This document shows, piece after piece, positions 45,912 through 57,307 of a stretch of 64,000 bases of DNA. Location of the stretch: assembly GCA_947458455.1 (NCBI GenBank), contig CANGYJ010000010.1:53832-117831 (forward strand), written 5' to 3'. Position numbers and translations under genes: made by a program. The notes below the pieces were generated by a model. The model saw nothing but the letters and a program-made list of their open reading frames with translations. It did no database searches and was not told the DNA's origin. The DNA comes from Verrucomicrobiaceae bacterium. Its GTDB lineage: Bacteria; Verrucomicrobiota; Verrucomicrobiia; Verrucomicrobiales; Verrucomicrobiaceae. Position 1 is the first letter of the stretch; each line of letters opens with the position of its first letter.

Positions 45912-47534
45912 ATGAATACTCCCAACATCCTCACCCGTCGTAGTTTTCTCCGCCGAGCCGCCGTGCTCGGTAGCGCGGGTGCCTGCGCTGGCACCATTCG
46001 CGACTTCCGGCTCATGAATTCCCTCATGGCCGCGCAGAATCCAAATCCCAGCGGCCCCTACAAAGCCCTCGTCTGCGTCTTCCTCGGTGGTGGTAACGAT
46101 TCCAACAACTGGATCGTCCCCACCGATAACACCACCTACGGCGAATACGCCGCCGCCCGTGGGAACCTCGTTCTCCCGCAGAGTTCTCTCCTGCCCTTGC
46201 GGACCGGCCCTCTCGGCACCGATCCCGCTTACTCTTACCAAGGCCGCACCTACGGCTTCCACCCGGCTTGCCCTCAACTCCAAACCCTCTTTGGAGAAAA
46301 GAAGCTCGCCATCGTGCAGAACGTCGGAACCCTCGTCCGCCCCACCACCAAGGCGAACTACAACTCCGGCCTCGCCGCCTACCGTCCACCTCAACTTTTC
46401 TCCCACAGTGATCAGGTTACTCAGTGGCAGACCTCCATCCCCGATCAGCCTCCGACCACCGGCTGGGGCGGTCGCGTCGCAGACATCTACAACTCGGTCG
46501 CCAATCCCTCCGGCAAGATTTCCATGAACGTCTCCATCGCAGGAGCCAACACCCTCGAAATCGGCAATCTCGTCTCCCAATACCACGTCGCCACCACCGG
46601 AGCCGTCACCCTCAGTGGCGGAGCCATGATGAGCGGCAGCGGAGCACGCGTCAAAGCCATGAAAGACATCATGGCCCTCAGCAACTCCAACCTTCAGCGC
46701 CAAGCCTACGCCAGCGTACTCGACAGTGCGATCAAAGTCGGCGATCTCCTCAACAGCAACATCACCGCCAAGGCCGATCCTACCGACAGCCCCCTAGGAG
46801 GTTACACCAATCCTCTTCAGGTCACTGCCTTCAATGGCGGTCAAACCTTCAAATGGCAGACCGGACTTACCGGCCTCTACAACCCAGCTTTGACCGGCTT
46901 CACCGACGGCCTCGGCGGCTTCCCTAACACCTCGCTGGGCACTCAGCTCAAGATGGTCGCCCGCCTCATCGCCGCCAACGGCCCGACCGGTTTCGACATG
47001 AAACGCCAGATTTTCTACGTCACCGCTGGCGGCTGGGACACGCACACCGCTCAGGTGGATGGTCCAAACTTCACCAATCAGCCCACCAACACCGCCGGCA
47101 CCCACTACGGCCTTCTCCGCCAGGTCAGCGAAGCCATGTTCGCCTTTCAACGAGCCATGGAGCAGCTCGATGGAGGCAACCCCGCCAAGCCCTACTCCAC
47201 GGGCGTCACCGCCTTCACCGCCTCGGACTTCTCCCGCACCTTCCCCTCCAACAGCCAGGGCAGCGACCACGGCTGGGGTAGTCACCACATCATCGTTGGC
47301 GGCTCCGTCGATGGCGGCAAAATGTTCGGCAAGCTCCCTACCTTCGCTATCAACGGCCCCGACGACACCGGCACCGGCCGCTGGATCCCCGGCCTCTCCG
47401 TGGACGAACACACCGCCACCCTCGCCCAGTGGTATGGCCTCGACTCCAACGAAGTCACCGGCCTTCTCCCCAATCTCAGCCGCTTCAACACCTCCTTCGC
47501 CACCAAGTTTATCGGCTTCATGAAACCCGTGTGA
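45912..47534 (+). CDS. DUF1501 protein with Tat-type signal (partner of the DUF1800 gene)
   Basis: TRRSFLRRAAVLGSAGA signal and GSDHGWGSHH block. It starts 9 nt after the DUF1800 gene. Confidence 0.9.
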   Translation: MNTPNILTRRSFLRRAAVLGSAGACAGTIRDFRLMNSLMAAQNPNPSGPYKALVCVFLGGGNDSNNWIVPTDNTTYGEYAAARGNLVLPQSSLLPLRTGPLGTDPAYSYQGRTYGFHPACPQLQTLFGEKKLAIVQNVGTLVRPTTKANYNSGLAAYRPPQLFSHSDQVTQWQTSIPDQPPTTGWGGRVADIYNSVANPSGKISMNVSIAGANTLEIGNLVSQYHVATTGAVTLSGGAMMSGSGARVKAMKDIMALSNSNLQRQAYASVLDSAIKVGDLLNSNITAKADPTDSPLGGYTNPLQVTAFNGGQTFKWQTGLTGLYNPALTGFTDGLGGFPNTSLGTQLKMVARLIAANGPTGFDMKRQIFYVTAGGWDTHTAQVDGPNFTNQPTNTAGTHYGLLRQVSEAMFAFQRAMEQLDGGNPAKPYSTGVTAFTASDFSRTFPSNSQGSDHGWGSHHIIVGGSVDGGKMFGKLPTFAINGPDDTGTGRWIPGLSVDEHTATLAQWYGLDSNEVTGLLPNLSRFNTSFATKFIGFMKPV

Positions 47535-47700
47535 CCTGCGTCGGCCTAGCTTGGGGTTCAAAACCTCAACCATCAACCATCGGCTGCTCAACAAGCGAGT
47601 CATCCATGCTCGCGGCTCGCGTCACCACGAGACACATCGCTTGATGGACGATGCGCAAACATGCGAATGCCGAGTTCGAGTTTGAATCCAAGCCTCCACC

Positions 47701-48303
47701 ATGAAAAACTCCCTCTGGAAGCTGCTCCTGCTCTTCGGCCTCACCGCAGCCATCTACTGGTTCGCCCGCCCGTCAGCACCTGGCACCCCCGAAACGCCCG
47801 AAGCACCTCCCAGTGCCCCGCAGGCCGCTAAACCACCGCAAAAAGCCGCCACAGTCACCGCCCCCGCAGCGCCAGCACCCATCACCAGCCCCGCGCAGGT
47901 TCAGGCCGTCCTCACACCTGCACAGCCAGGCACCTTCAAGCGAATCGAAGCCCCGCCACCACCGCCAGTCAAAATCCCCGCTGGCTACCAAGACCCGCCC
48001 ACCGAAGCCGCCCCCGCACGTCTGGAAGGCGAAGAAATCGCTCTCAACCTCCGCAACTTCAGCCAGCGCTTCGGTGGAAATCCCGTCGGCACCAACGCCG
48101 AAATCACCAAGGCCCTCAACGGTGGCAACAACGCCGCTGCCAACTACCTCCCCTCTTCCCGCCGCATGAACGACGCTGGCGAACTCCTCGACACCTGGGG
48201 CACCCCCTACTTCTTCCACGCCAACTCCGCCACCGAGATGGAAATCCGCTCCGCCGGCCCCGACAAGATCCTCCACAACGCCGACGACATTGTCACGAAG
48301 TGA
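47701..48303 (+). CDS. membrane-anchored protein with T2SS GspG-like C-terminal domain (paralogue A)
   Basis: N-terminal TM segment, a Pro/Ala-rich linker, and C-terminus LLDTWGTPYFFHANSATEMEIRSAGPDKILHNADDI. Paralogous to 51317-51898. Confidence 0.7.
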   Translation: MKNSLWKLLLLFGLTAAIYWFARPSAPGTPETPEAPPSAPQAAKPPQKAATVTAPAAPAPITSPAQVQAVLTPAQPGTFKRIEAPPPPPVKIPAGYQDPPTEAAPARLEGEEIALNLRNFSQRFGGNPVGTNAEITKALNGGNNAAANYLPSSRRMNDAGELLDTWGTPYFFHANSATEMEIRSAGPDKILHNADDIVTK

Positions 48304-48330
48304 CATTCGTCATTCGTCATTCGTCATTCT
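48304..48330. repeat. heptamer tandem repeat (CATTCGT)x3 plus a partial unit
   Basis: CATTCGTCATTCGTCATTCGTCATTCT lies between and across the stops of two convergent genes. It encodes the ...MTNDE* tail of the minus-strand gene. Confidence 0.7.
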
Positions 48331-50004
48331 CTTCGCCAGCCCCTCATCCGTCAGCGTCTTCAAAAACGCCACCACACATCGTTTCTCCTCCGCCGTGAGC
48401 TTTAGGCCGCCATCCGGGTGCTTCGCGAGATTCGGGTCCAGCGTCTCCGTGCGTTGTACGCCCTCGCTGTAGTGATCCAACACGGCTTCCAGCGTCGCAA
48501 AACGGCCGTCGTGCATGTAAGGAGCCGTCAGAGCAATGTTTCGCAGGCTCGGCGTCGCAAAGGTGCCCTTATCGAGCGCCGCGCCCGTCACGCGATGCCT
48601 TCCCGTGTCTTCGCCAATCGCCAAGCCATTGTTCCGAAACGCATGGTCGCCGAAAAGCGCCCCGCCGTGGCAGTGGAAGCAATCCGCTCCCATCGTTCCC
48701 AGCCGCGGCTCACGCTCCATCATGAAAAGCTCAAAGCCACGCTGCTCATCCGCCGTGAGCTTCAACTCACCACGCTGCGACCGGTCAAACTTCGACTCAT
48801 GCGAGGTCAGCGTCAGCAAAAACGCCTCCAGCGCCAACCCCAGCCGCTCCGCCGTCACGCCCGGCGATCCAAAAGCCTCCGCAAAGTCCTTCTCCAGGTC
48901 CCGCAGCTTCAATACGACATTCTCCAGGCTCTCATCCATCTCGCGATGATCCACGATCGGCATCAGCGCCTGCTGCCGCAGACTCGCCACACGCCCATCC
49001 CAGAAAAACGACTCCTTCCACGCCAGATTGAAGAGCGGCATCGCATTCCGATCTCCCGTGCGACCCTCCATACCCACACTAAAGCGCCGCGCATCACTCA
49101 GCCCCTTCTTCGCATCATGGCAGGAAGCGCACGAGATCGTCCCATCGCGTGAAAGCCGTCCATCGCCGAATAGCCTCTTCCCAAGCTCCACGCGGCTTTT
49201 TGTCAAAATCACGTCTGCAGCCAGTTTCGGCTGCGGAAAGCCCTTCCCAATGCTCAGCGACAAGCTCTCGCTTGCAGCCATCTTCGACTCCGAAACCGCC
49301 TGAGCAGCCTCCACGGCCTTCAACACAAACGCCTGAGCCAAATTCGCCTTCAGCTTCAGTGCCAGCGCATCACCCTCACGCGCATGCGTCGCCGTGCCAT
49401 CCTTCGCAAAGCACACGCCCTTCAAAATCGACGCCACATCCATGCCTACACGCACCTCCGTGGTCCCACTCACCTTCACCCCCCCCTCCAACACGATCTC
49501 CGTGCGAAACGGCACACGTCCCAAATGATACGCGTAGCCGCTCATCTTGCCCGCTGCATCGCTCCACATGCCTTCCAGCGCCAAAAAGATGTAACCACCC
49601 TGCCAGCTCCAGTGCAGACCATTCACCCGAGGATTCAGCGCATGATCCGGCCCACGCGTCGCCGGATCACGACCATTCTCCACCTCATCCAGGCCCACAA
49701 AAAAACGCAGCGCCGCATACTCACCCTCCGGCACCTTTGAAAACACTGCCGCGTCCCGCTTCGTCGCCAGATTCATCCACGCCACCGATTCCGTCACCTC
49801 CACCCAGGTCCCATCCTTCTTCTTCAAAGCCACCCCGCTCACCAGATAACTCAGCCGCGTCACCGACCATGTCTCCCCCGCCGCATCCGTCATTTTCGAT
49901 TCATTCAGCCGCAGCCCTTCATGATCCATGACCAGCCGCAGCGCCGCCGCCTCGCACGAGGCCGCTGCTGCGAGTGTCAGAAGCATCCGAAGAAACCAGT
50001 TCAC
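48310..50004 (-). CDS. MbnP-like domain fused to di-haem cytochrome c peroxidase (MbnH/MauG-like)
   Basis: The N-terminal ~230 aa have an MbnP-like pattern (VTRLSYLVSGVAL..., NGLHWSWQGGYIFLALEG). The C-terminal half carries two CxxCH motifs (CASCHD, CFHCHG) and PSLRNIALTAPYMHDG. Confidence 0.85.
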   Translation of the reverse strand: MNWFLRMLLTLAAAASCEAAALRLVMDHEGLRLNESKMTDAAGETWSVTRLSYLVSGVALKKKDGTWVEVTESVAWMNLATKRDAAVFSKVPEGEYAALRFFVGLDEVENGRDPATRGPDHALNPRVNGLHWSWQGGYIFLALEGMWSDAAGKMSGYAYHLGRVPFRTEIVLEGGVKVSGTTEVRVGMDVASILKGVCFAKDGTATHAREGDALALKLKANLAQAFVLKAVEAAQAVSESKMAASESLSLSIGKGFPQPKLAADVILTKSRVELGKRLFGDGRLSRDGTISCASCHDAKKGLSDARRFSVGMEGRTGDRNAMPLFNLAWKESFFWDGRVASLRQQALMPIVDHREMDESLENVVLKLRDLEKDFAEAFGSPGVTAERLGLALEAFLLTLTSHESKFDRSQRGELKLTADEQRGFELFMMEREPRLGTMGADCFHCHGGALFGDHAFRNNGLAIGEDTGRHRVTGAALDKGTFATPSLRNIALTAPYMHDGRFATLEAVLDHYSEGVQRTETLDPNLAKHPDGGLKLTAEEKRCVVAFLKTLTDEGLAKRMTNDE

Positions 50005-50050
50005 ACACGCATGTTCCGCGCATTATCCTCTATTGTCTATTCCCATCCTC

Positions 50051-51304
50051 ATGCGCCTTCTATCCTTCCTCCTGATCTCCACGGCCCTCTTCGCAGATGT
50101 CGCCGTGCCGCCGCGCATGCTGGAGCCAGCCACCGCTGAGGAGGCTTGGAATGTCATCCGGCTCGCCGCCACGAATGTGGATCGGCTCATCCAAGAAAAA
50201 CGCCCGTTCGAAGTCACGCCGCAAATTTCCCTGCTCAGCCCCGCCTTGCGCACGCTCGCCCGCCAGACCGTCAAACCCGGCACCGAAGCCCTCGTCGAGA
50301 GACAAAGCACCCAGGCCTTCCAACTCGTCAATCTCATCGCCCAAAACAGCCTCTCCGAAAACATCGACGCCCTTCCGCCGGCCTTTGAAAAACTCCGCAC
50401 TGCGCTCGACGACATCGCCAGCGGCTTCGACCCAGCTGTCGTCAAAGCCGAGATCCACCACTGCCTCACCCACAGCGAGTGCCTTGGCAAACCCGGCGAC
50501 AACTGCCCGCAATGCCAGCAGCCACTCCTGCTGCGCCGCATTCCCTACAGCTTCGTCCACGCCCGATCTGAAAAGCCCACCATCCGCCTCAGCATCAGCC
50601 CCCAATCACCTGCCGAGGCCGGCAAAGAACTCACCCTCAGCGCCAAACTCGAAACCCTCGACGGCCAGCCCGTTCTCGAAAACCAGCTCTGGCTCATGCA
50701 CACGCAAAGCGTGCAGTTCCTCATCACCGGCCCACGCCTCGAAGACTTCCATCACCTCACCGCCAAGCCCGCTGCCACACCCGGCAGCTACACCGCCACC
50801 TTCACCCCTACCCTCAGCGGCGCCTACCGCGTCCGCGCCGGCCTCACGCCCGCCAGCACCGGCCTCCCTGAGTATCCCGCCGTCGATCTCCAGGTCGCGG
50901 GCAATGTCACCGGAGTCGCCCAGTCCTCCCCACCCGGCATGAGCAGTCAGATCGATGGCTTTCGCTTCAAGCTCAGCGTCGCCGGTGACAAAGGCCTGCT
51001 CCTGCGCAGCGGCCAGCTCCAGATGCTTCAGCTCACCGTCACAGACGCCGCCGGGCAGCCCGTCACCCGCGTGGAACCGTTCTTGCAAGCCTTCGCCCAT
51101 CTCCACGCCTTTTACGAAGGCTCCGAAACCCTTCTCCAGCTCCACCCCACCGGTGGCGACATCCTCCGCGACGACATTCACGGCGGCCCCACGCTCTCCT
51201 TCAAAATCCATTCCCCCCAGCCCGGCCCCCTCCGTCTCCACGCCCTCCTCCGAATCGACGGAAAACTCCTTCAAGTCCCCTTCACCCTCCAGGTCCGTCC
51301 TTGA
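50051..51304 (+). CDS. periplasmic protein with degenerate heavy-metal-binding (HMBD-like) motif and two Ig/FixH-like domains
   Basis: Signal peptide MRLLSFLLISTALFA. HHCLTHSECLGKPGDNCPQCQQPL resembles the CPMH...PGxCPxCGMxL motif. Later HLHAFYEGSETLLQLHP. Confidence 0.65.
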   Translation: MRLLSFLLISTALFADVAVPPRMLEPATAEEAWNVIRLAATNVDRLIQEKRPFEVTPQISLLSPALRTLARQTVKPGTEALVERQSTQAFQLVNLIAQNSLSENIDALPPAFEKLRTALDDIASGFDPAVVKAEIHHCLTHSECLGKPGDNCPQCQQPLLLRRIPYSFVHARSEKPTIRLSISPQSPAEAGKELTLSAKLETLDGQPVLENQLWLMHTQSVQFLITGPRLEDFHHLTAKPAATPGSYTATFTPTLSGAYRVRAGLTPASTGLPEYPAVDLQVAGNVTGVAQSSPPGMSSQIDGFRFKLSVAGDKGLLLRSGQLQMLQLTVTDAAGQPVTRVEPFLQAFAHLHAFYEGSETLLQLHPTGGDILRDDIHGGPTLSFKIHSPQPGPLRLHALLRIDGKLLQVPFTLQVRP

Positions 51305-51316
51305 ACCCGTCCCGCC

Positions 51317-51898
51317 ATGCGCCGCCCGAATTTCCTTCTCGTCCTCCTCGCGCTCGCCATCGCCGCCTCCATCGTTTTTTGGCCTTCGCGGCTCCCGGAA
51401 CCAAACAAAACCACCGCGCCCCCTGCTCCACCTCCCGCCGCCCAAGTCAGCGACCTCGGCAAGCCCGCCGACCTCTTCTACACCGCTCTTCAGCCCGGCC
51501 AGAAGCCTGAGATCGACGCCGCCAACCACCACAAAGCCAGTCAGCTCAACTCTCCCGGCCAATCCATCCAGGAAGACCTCCAGATCGTCGCTGAGTTCGT
51601 CGATCTGATCCACAAAGCGGGCCTCAATGCCTCCTTCGGCGACAATGCCGACATCACCGCCGCCCTCACCGGCACGCAATACGCCGGGCAAAAGGGCCAT
51701 CTCTTCCCCCGCCAGCACAACGCCCTCCGCGGCGGCCAGCTCGTCGATCGCTGGGGCACGCCCTTTTGGTTCCACGCCAACGGCCCCGGCCAGCTCGAAA
51801 TCCGCAGCGCCGGCCCGGACAAACAACTCTTCACCCCCGACGACATCTCCCACAACCCCAGCCCTCCCGGCCTCGGCGTCACCCCCGCCCAGCCCTGA
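51317..51898 (+). CDS. membrane-anchored protein with GspG-like C-terminal domain (paralogue B)
   Basis: LVDRWGTPFWFHANGPGQLEIRSAGPDKQLFTPDDI, with the same layout as 47701-48303. Confidence 0.7.
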   Translation: MRRPNFLLVLLALAIAASIVFWPSRLPEPNKTTAPPAPPPAAQVSDLGKPADLFYTALQPGQKPEIDAANHHKASQLNSPGQSIQEDLQIVAEFVDLIHKAGLNASFGDNADITAALTGTQYAGQKGHLFPRQHNALRGGQLVDRWGTPFWFHANGPGQLEIRSAGPDKQLFTPDDISHNPSPPGLGVTPAQP

Positions 51899-52195
51899 GT
51901 TCGTCGTTTGTAGTTCGGGCTTCAGCCCGTCCGGGGCCTTCCATTCGCGGCCTCAAGGCCGAACGACGATCTTTTTACCCTTCCCCATTCGCGACCGCTA
52001 TCATTCCCTGGCGGCATGCCTGAGATCAAAACCGCCTGTGGCAGACTTTCGCGACCGACCCTTCACCTTCGACCGCTAAAAGCTCACCGGCTCCAGCGAT
52101 CATCTGCCCATCACGGCCAAGATCACTGCGCTCTGACGCCGCCCCAGATTGCACCTTGCCTTGCACCTCTCTCCTTGCTAAAAAGCCTACCTGCC

Positions 52196-54083
<1,888 letters not shown>

Positions 54084-54088
54084 ACCCG

Positions 54089-54445
54089 ATGAAGGTTTAC
54101 GCCTACCAAGGCTGCTCCACCTGCCGCAAAGCCCTCACTTGGCTCAAAAGCCATGGCATCGAGGCTGAAGTGCTGCCCATCCGCGAGACGCCACCCAGCG
54201 TCTCCGAGCTTCGAGCCACTCTCCAGGCACGCGGAGGCGATCTCCGCGCCCTCTTCAACACCTCCGGCCTGGATTACCGAGCCATGGACATCAAATCCAA
54301 GCTCCCGTCCATATCAGTCGATGACGCCCTCACCTTGCTTTCCAAGCACGGCAATCTCGTGAAGCGTCCGCTCCTCGTCGATGCGAAGGCTGACATCCAC
54401 CTCGTCGGCTTCCAAGAAGCCGAATGGGCCAAAGTGCTCACTTAA
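54089..54445 (+). CDS. ArsC/Spx-family (YffB-like) protein
   Basis: MKVYAYQGCSTCRKALTWL..., 118 aa, with LVKRPLL near the C-terminus. Confidence 0.85.
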   Translation: MKVYAYQGCSTCRKALTWLKSHGIEAEVLPIRETPPSVSELRATLQARGGDLRALFNTSGLDYRAMDIKSKLPSISVDDALTLLSKHGNLVKRPLLVDAKADIHLVGFQEAEWAKVLT

Positions 54446-54587
54446 CGCAGCGATCTGGCGAAGCAAAGTTGCCATCTCGCTCCGCGAGATGAGCTGGGCG
54501 CGCGACCATCTCAACAGTTCATGAACGGCGAGCATTCCGCCTGCTCACGAAAACCTGTGCATGGTTTCCAGCCACGCCTCAGCGATC

Positions 54588-55592
54588 TCAAACAATCTCC
54601 ACGCTCACCTGCGTGGAGCTGTCCATCTCGCCGATGACTTTCGCACCGGGGCTGCTGGCGAGGGCTTTGTCCACCTGATCGGGGGACACGATGGCCACCC
54701 AGCCGAGACCCATGTTGAAGGTATCAATGGCGTCCGACTTATCGGCGTGACGCAGCACTTTCTGGACGACGTCGTTTTCCCAGAACGGAATGCTCAGCTT
54801 CGCTCCGAGGCCGCGCTTCAGGAACATGCGACCCAGGTTTTCCGGCAAGCCACCACCCGTGATATGCGCCATGGCCTTTGGCTTGATGCCAGCGGCCTTG
54901 AGTGCGGCGGGCTGCTCGTGATAAAGCAGCGTCGGGCTCAGCAGCAAGCGCATCTCGTCCTCGCTGAAGGTGAGGTTTTCCTTCTCGATGATGCGGCGCA
55001 CGAGGCTGAAGCCGTTCGCGTGGAAACCGGCGCTCTTCCAGCCGATGAGCACATCCCCGGCGGCGATGGTACCGGGATCGAGCAGGTCTTCTTTTTCGCA
55101 GGCACCGATGGCGAAGCCGCTGAGCTCGACCATGCCTTCGGGCACCATGCCGGGCATTTCAGCCGTCTCACCGCCCGCGAGGATGCAATTGCACGCCTCA
55201 AGGTATTCGGTCATGCCGGCGATGATGCGCGTGATCTGCGTCTTTTGGATCTTCGGAATGCCCACGTAGTCGAGGAACATGATCGGATCAGCCCCGGTGG
55301 TCAGCACGTCATTCACATTCATGGCGACGAGGTCTTTGCCAGCGGCTTCGAGCTGGTCGTGCTTGAGCAAAAGCTCGATCTTCGTGCCCACGCCATCGCA
55401 GCCGGTGAGGATCATAGGGTGCTTATAACCACTGAGGTCATAGGCGGCGGCGAAAAGGCCAAAAGGGTTCGCCAGCTTGCGATTCTTTTGAGTGCGCTTC
55501 ACCAGCACGCCGATGTCATCGACCAGCGAGGCTGCTTCGTGAATATCGACTCCGGCTTGTTTGTAGGTGTGGGCGGCGGCTGGGGAACTCAT
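54588..55592 (-). CDS. purM: phosphoribosylformylglycinamidine cyclo-ligase (AIR synthetase)
   Basis: YKQAGVDIHEA..., DGVGTKIELL, and the ...GGETAEMPG motif. Confidence 0.96.
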   Translation of the reverse strand: MSSPAAAHTYKQAGVDIHEAASLVDDIGVLVKRTQKNRKLANPFGLFAAAYDLSGYKHPMILTGCDGVGTKIELLLKHDQLEAAGKDLVAMNVNDVLTTGADPIMFLDYVGIPKIQKTQITRIIAGMTEYLEACNCILAGGETAEMPGMVPEGMVELSGFAIGACEKEDLLDPGTIAAGDVLIGWKSAGFHANGFSLVRRIIEKENLTFSEDEMRLLLSPTLLYHEQPAALKAAGIKPKAMAHITGGGLPENLGRMFLKRGLGAKLSIPFWENDVVQKVLRHADKSDAIDTFNMGLGWVAIVSPDQVDKALASSPGAKVIGEMDSSTQVSVEIV

Positions 55593-55687
55593 GGGGCGGG
55601 GCGTTTAGCCCGGAAGACGGGGTGACTCAATCAGAAACTCACCCGGCGCTTTTCCTTTCCCCTGCCCCGTGCCATGCTCCGCCCGCC

Positions 55688-56485
55688 ATGCCCTCCGCCC
55701 TCGCCATTTTTGCCCATCCTGACGACATCGAATTCGTTGCCGCCGGCACCCTCCTTCTGCTCAAAGAACGCGGCTGGGACATCCACTACGTCAATCTGTG
55801 CAGCGGCAATGGCGGCAGCGTCCAGATGGACGGCCCCACGACGGCCAAAAAACGCCTCGAAGAAGGTCGCGAGGCCGCCCGCATCCTCGGTGCCGCCTTT
55901 TATCCACCCATCTGCGATGATCTGGAGCTCACCTACGATGTCACCTACCTCCGCAAAGTGGCTGCCATCGTCCGCGAAGCGCAGCCCAGCATCGTGCTCA
56001 CCCATGCACCCTACGACTACATGGAGGACCACATGCAGGCCTCCCGGCTGGCGGTGACAGCGGCCTTTGCGCATGGCATCCCAAATTTCGTCACCGATCC
56101 CCAGCGCCCGCACTACTCGCACGATGTCACCGTGTATCACGCCATGCCCCACGGTCTCTGCGATCCGCTGCGGCAGAAGCTCCAGGCCAGCTCCTATGTG
56201 AACACCGCCTCTGTCCACGCCCAAAAACGCGAGTCATTGGCCGCTCACGAAAGCCAAAAGCACTGGCTCGATGTCTCCCAGGGCATGGATTCCTACCTCG
56301 TGAGCATGAATGAAGCCTCACGGGCGGTGGGAAAACTCTCCGGCCAGTTCGAATTCGCCGAAGGCTGGCGCCGCCACCTCCACCTCGGCTTCTCCGCCGC
56401 CGAAATCGACCCACTCAAGGACGCCCTTGGCGATCTCTGCCTCATCAACGACGCCTGCGAAGCGCAACTCGCCACTCCGCGCTAA
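55688..56485 (+). CDS. PIG-L/LmbE-family deacetylase
   Basis: ALAIFAHPDDIEFVAAGTLLL signature. Start taken as MPSALAIF. Confidence 0.85.
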   Translation: MPSALAIFAHPDDIEFVAAGTLLLLKERGWDIHYVNLCSGNGGSVQMDGPTTAKKRLEEGREAARILGAAFYPPICDDLELTYDVTYLRKVAAIVREAQPSIVLTHAPYDYMEDHMQASRLAVTAAFAHGIPNFVTDPQRPHYSHDVTVYHAMPHGLCDPLRQKLQASSYVNTASVHAQKRESLAAHESQKHWLDVSQGMDSYLVSMNEASRAVGKLSGQFEFAEGWRRHLHLGFSAAEIDPLKDALGDLCLINDACEAQLATPR

Positions 56486-56500
56486 GGAATCTTCACCAAC

Positions 56501-56528
56501 TTGAAACTTGAAACCTGAGGCTTGAACC
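56501..56528 (+). repeat. TTGAAAC tandem motif just upstream of a start codon
   Basis: TTGAAAC TTGAAAC CTGAGGC TTGAACC, followed by a C-rich tract and ATG 56546. Confidence 0.5.
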
Positions 56529-56545
56529 CCAACCATCCCGCCCGC

Positions 56546-57304
56546 ATGAAAAAACTCCTCGCCCTCCTCGCCGCAGCCCTTCCGCTCATCGCCGCCGCTC
56601 AGGAAAATCCGCCGCCAGTAGCCCCTCCCAGCGCCGAGCAGCTCGGAGATGCCAAGCTCTCCGAGGCCGATCAGCAGAAGCTCGGCAAAATCTTCCAAGA
56701 CGTGCAAGAGATGCGGAAGCAGAACCGCTACACCGATGCCGTCGCGAAGCTCGATGAAGCCGAAAAGATCTCGCCCAAGAACGGCCTCGTCTTCACCATG
56801 CGCGGGGACATCTACCTCGCCCCCCGCCGTCGTGATTTCGATCTCGCCAAGGAGCAGTTCCTCAAGGCCAAGGAACTCGATCCGCAAAACGCCGGCCCCG
56901 CCTTCAACCTCGCCGAGCTCGAATTCGCCCGTCACGATTTCCCCACCGCCGCCGCCGCCTTTCGCAAGCTCGTCACTGATTTCCCCAAGCTGCCGCAAGT
57001 CATCCGTCACCTCGGCATCTCACGCATCGTCATCTGCGAGGCCCGTCAGAAGAAATTCGACGAAGCTGAAAAGCTCATCAAAGAGCACTTCACCTTCATG
57101 GACGACACGCCCGCCTACTACATGAGCAATGCGGCCATCTCCTTTTCCAAGAAGGACGAAAAAATGGCCCAGGAGTGGATGCTCCGCGCCACCAGCATTT
57201 TCAAAGAGCACCAAATCGGACCCTACATTGATGCCTTCAAAGAAATGCGCTGGCTGCCCGATGTGGATTACCAAGCGCTCCCCGATCCCTCCGCTGGCAA
57301 GTAA
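56546..57304 (+). CDS. secreted TPR-repeat protein
   Basis: Signal peptide MKKLLALLAAALPLIAAAQ and TPR-like helical repeats. Confidence 0.8.
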   Translation: MKKLLALLAAALPLIAAAQENPPPVAPPSAEQLGDAKLSEADQQKLGKIFQDVQEMRKQNRYTDAVAKLDEAEKISPKNGLVFTMRGDIYLAPRRRDFDLAKEQFLKAKELDPQNAGPAFNLAELEFARHDFPTAAAAFRKLVTDFPKLPQVIRHLGISRIVICEARQKKFDEAEKLIKEHFTFMDDTPAYYMSNAAISFSKKDEKMAQEWMLRATSIFKEHQIGPYIDAFKEMRWLPDVDYQALPDPSAGK

Positions 57305-57307
57305 CTC

